DNA of 64,000 nucleotides from Elsinoe ampelina (Eukaryota): NCBI GenBank assembly GCA_010093995.1, contig ML992503.1, positions 1,751,356 to 1,815,355 of the forward strand, read 5' to 3'. Shown piece by piece: positions 61,680 to 64,000 of this stretch (position 1 is its first letter; each line of letters starts with the position of its first letter). The notes under the pieces were generated by a model. It saw only the letters and a program-made list of their open reading frames with translations, ran no database searches and was not told where the DNA came from. The position numbers and the translations under genes were made by a program.

Positions 61680-62028
61680 GGTTGTGAATGGGCCGAGGGT
61701 CAAGGGGGTATGAGTGGTTGTTGGTTGTGGCCGGGTTGCTATGAGCGGGTGATGATGTGCATTGTGTGGAAAGGGAATGTTTTGCGAGGGGGCTACATGT
61801 GTGGCTGGAGAGAGTGAACTGGTGGGGCTCGAGGTAGGGCTTGTGGCAAGGCGGGTTTGCCAGATCAGGTCATCCGTGGACCGGCGGGGTTGCTGATTTG
61901 GCAAACCGTGGTGGAGAAGATGATATCGACCAAGAGAGGACCTTGAAAGCTTCAGACCCTCATCATACAACAACAATCTTATCTCCGCCATTCAGAGAAG
62001 TCGATAGTCTGGACATTGACGTCAAGTT

Positions 62029-62721
62029 ATGCTCGCAAGACGATTCCGATACCGAGCGTTCGCGCAGCACCCCAGTCGTTTACGCAGGCACGTTGCAACC
62101 AAATCGGCGTTCGCATCATCATCTCTGGTGACCGCCAAATTCGTCATAGCACTGGCTCTCGGCATACATATGTTTAACGAGTATTGCTACTCATTCGACA
62201 ATACATGGGGCATCAGCATGGTCCCGAATCTGGCCGCAGACGGCGATCCCGTCATTATCTCCAAATACTACCGGCATGGGAGAGGGGTCATGGTTGGAGA
62301 CCTCGTCACTTTCGTCCACCCTGTAGACGAAACTGCCAGGGCCCTCAAGCGTGTCATGGGCATGCCAGGGGACTTTGTGATGCGAGACTCGCCCCACGTA
62401 GGACGGCAGGTTATGATACAGGTGGGTCCACTCGTGGGTGCTTTCCGGATTAAAATAAATGCTATGCAAGCACGGTACGAGTGTTCTGCAAGGCCTGGGC
62501 TAACGTGGGGATGGCAGGTTCCTGCAGGTCATTGTTACGTCGTTGGAGATAACCTGGACCATTCAAGGGACTCGAGGACGTTTGGACCTCTCCCTTTGGC
62601 ACTGATCAAGGGTAAGGCGCTCTGCAAGATCACCGCCGACGGAGGCTGGTTCCCATGGCCGAGACGGATTGGTGGGGGGCTCGAGGAACCCCAGGAGCTT
62701 CTAGAGGATTTTGTGGATTGA
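62029..62721 (+). CDS. IMP1: Mitochondrial inner membrane peptidase subunit (S26)
   Basis: Presequence and TM; Ser 'GISMVP', Lys 'ALKRVMGMPGD', 'IQ|VPAGHCYVVGDN..HSRDSR.FGPLPLALIKGK'; 96-nt intron 62422-62517. Confidence 0.85.
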   Translation: MLARRFRYRAFAQHPSRLRRHVATKSAFASSSLVTAKFVIALALGIHMFNEYCYSFDNTWGISMVPNLAADGDPVIISKYYRHGRGVMVGDLVTFVHPVDETARALKRVMGMPGDFVMRDSPHVGRQVMIQVGPLVGAFRIKINAMQARYECSARPGLTWGWQVPAGHCYVVGDNLDHSRDSRTFGPLPLALIKGKALCKITADGGWFPWPRRIGGGLEEPQELLEDFVD

Positions 62722-62974
62722 GCATGCCTGCAGCGCGCAGGGTCAGAGCCACCACTAGAGTGAACGATGGACATTTAGCGGGACATGCCAAGTTCTACTG
62801 ATTAACGTTGGGGATGCAGTTCTGGCCATGGTGCAGTTCTGGCCACCCCTAAGGATAGAAAGCGGTGAGACATCGCCGGAGATACACCGACCTGCCAGAA
62901 TTGGTGAAAGATGTACATCTTGGCATACCTTTAAGCTTTTTAAGCTATTGAACTTGTGCATTAATCCATGTCGA

Positions 62975-64000
62975 TAGTATAGAGGCTTTTAAGCCTAAGG
63001 CTTAGAGTTAGTGTTTTTAGCTTATAATTAAGACTTTAGAAAGCGCTAAATAATCTATTATATAGTGTAGAATTACTTCCTTATGTCCTTTAGTTATATA
63101 GGACTATATACTAAGTACTCTAGCTATCTCTAACCTCTTAAGGCATTAGATTTATAATAATCTACTAAAATTAAGTATTATAAAAGGTGTTACTCTTAGC
63201 TTAGCGCTACTACTTCTCTATTACTTTCTCTACTACCTTCTTCTTTACCTCTAGTAGTAGTTCTAGTAGTAACTCTAGTAGTAGCTTATTAAGCTATATA
63301 GTAGTATTAGCCTTATTAATCTCTAAGCTATTATACTTAAGTATAAGAGGTCTCTTACTCTTACTACCCTTAACTCTATTATAGTACTACTATAATTCTA
63401 AGTGTCTCTTTTTAGTAGTATTATAATCTAGCTTAGATTACTTATACTTCTCTTTAAGCTTAGTAAGGTAGAGGCGCTCTAGATACTTATTTAGAAGGCG
63501 CTTTAAAGACTTCTTAAGAGCTTAAACTTACTTACTAAGGTTAACTCTATACTTATAAGTATCTATCTTAAGAGAGTTAGTCTTATTTACCTTCTTATTA
63601 GTATCTCTCTACTCTAATATCTTCTTATAGCTTATTAAAGTACTACTAGATAGATAGCTAGTACTAGAGGTATTACGCTTATACTTACTCTCCTTCTTAG
63701 TACGCTTAGTAATACTAGATAGCCTTCTCTTTAGTAACCTTACCTTACCTTTATAGATATTAGTCTTCTCTTTTATAATCTTAATAGTCTTCTCTATTAC
63801 CTTTATAGCCTTAAATAAGAATTAAGTAAGCCTTTAATAACTCTCTAGACTATACTCTATACGCTACTAGTTACTAAGGAGCCTTCTAAGCCTACGCTAG
63901 AAGTACTTAGCTAATTTAATAAGAGTAGACTTATTAGAAGAGGTATTTAACTAACGTAAAGAAGTAGTTAGAAGGGAGCTAGAGACAGTAGAGAAGAAGG
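62975..64000. mobile_element. RIP-degraded repeat/transposon relic (class unrecognisable; continues beyond window)
   Basis: Abrupt drop in GC, TpA very abundant, CpA/TpG nearly absent, and no ORF of 60 aa or more. Confidence 0.8.

Noticed and set aside
62422..62517. Apparent novel insertions in the IMP1 ORF (and DUF676 ORF at 59395-59442)
   Set aside because: Both are in-frame, stop-free GT-AG introns with branch sites.
53965..64000. POT1 near AT-rich DNA as a sign of a telomere
   Set aside because: No TTAGGG/CCCTAA arrays seen, and POT1 location is unrelated to chromosome ends.
1..64000. tRNA, rRNA, CRISPR arrays or intact transposase/captain genes
   Set aside because: None recognised by eye; a tRNAscan/Infernal run would be needed to exclude small RNAs.

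Overview
Intron-containing genomic DNA of a filamentous ascomycete (Pezizomycotina). The gene content and the RIP signature suggest a plant-associated Dothideomycete-like fungus, but the taxon is inferred, not shown. The window holds about 28 protein-coding genes, two clear pseudogenes and, from ~62.98 kb, an AT-rich RIP-mutated repeat relic. The left two-thirds is accessory-type DNA: three intact PTH11-like receptors, MFS transporters, CAZymes (GH79, GH78, GH115, SGNH esterase), a BBE-like FAD oxidase, an enoyl reductase and a cysteine synthase-rhodanese fusion. The right third is mostly housekeeping (NDE1, importin-alpha, POT1, JMJD7-like, IMP1) plus a fourth, pseudogenised PTH11-like gene. 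Highlights: (1) a cryptic two-exon PAF/AFP-like cationic six-cysteine protein whose second exon is missed by the ORF track and whose intron is non-canonical or broken; (2) a GH79-sugar porter-GH78 cluster with a CGG-N11-CCG site upstream of each gene; (3) a divergent SGNH esterase/GH115 pair with a promoter rich in XlnR-type sites; (4) a divergent MFS/cysteine synthase-rhodanese pair; (5) recurrent sharp C-rich to G-rich skew switches that cross gene boundaries. All family calls come from motif recognition by eye, and exon boundaries were derived manually.
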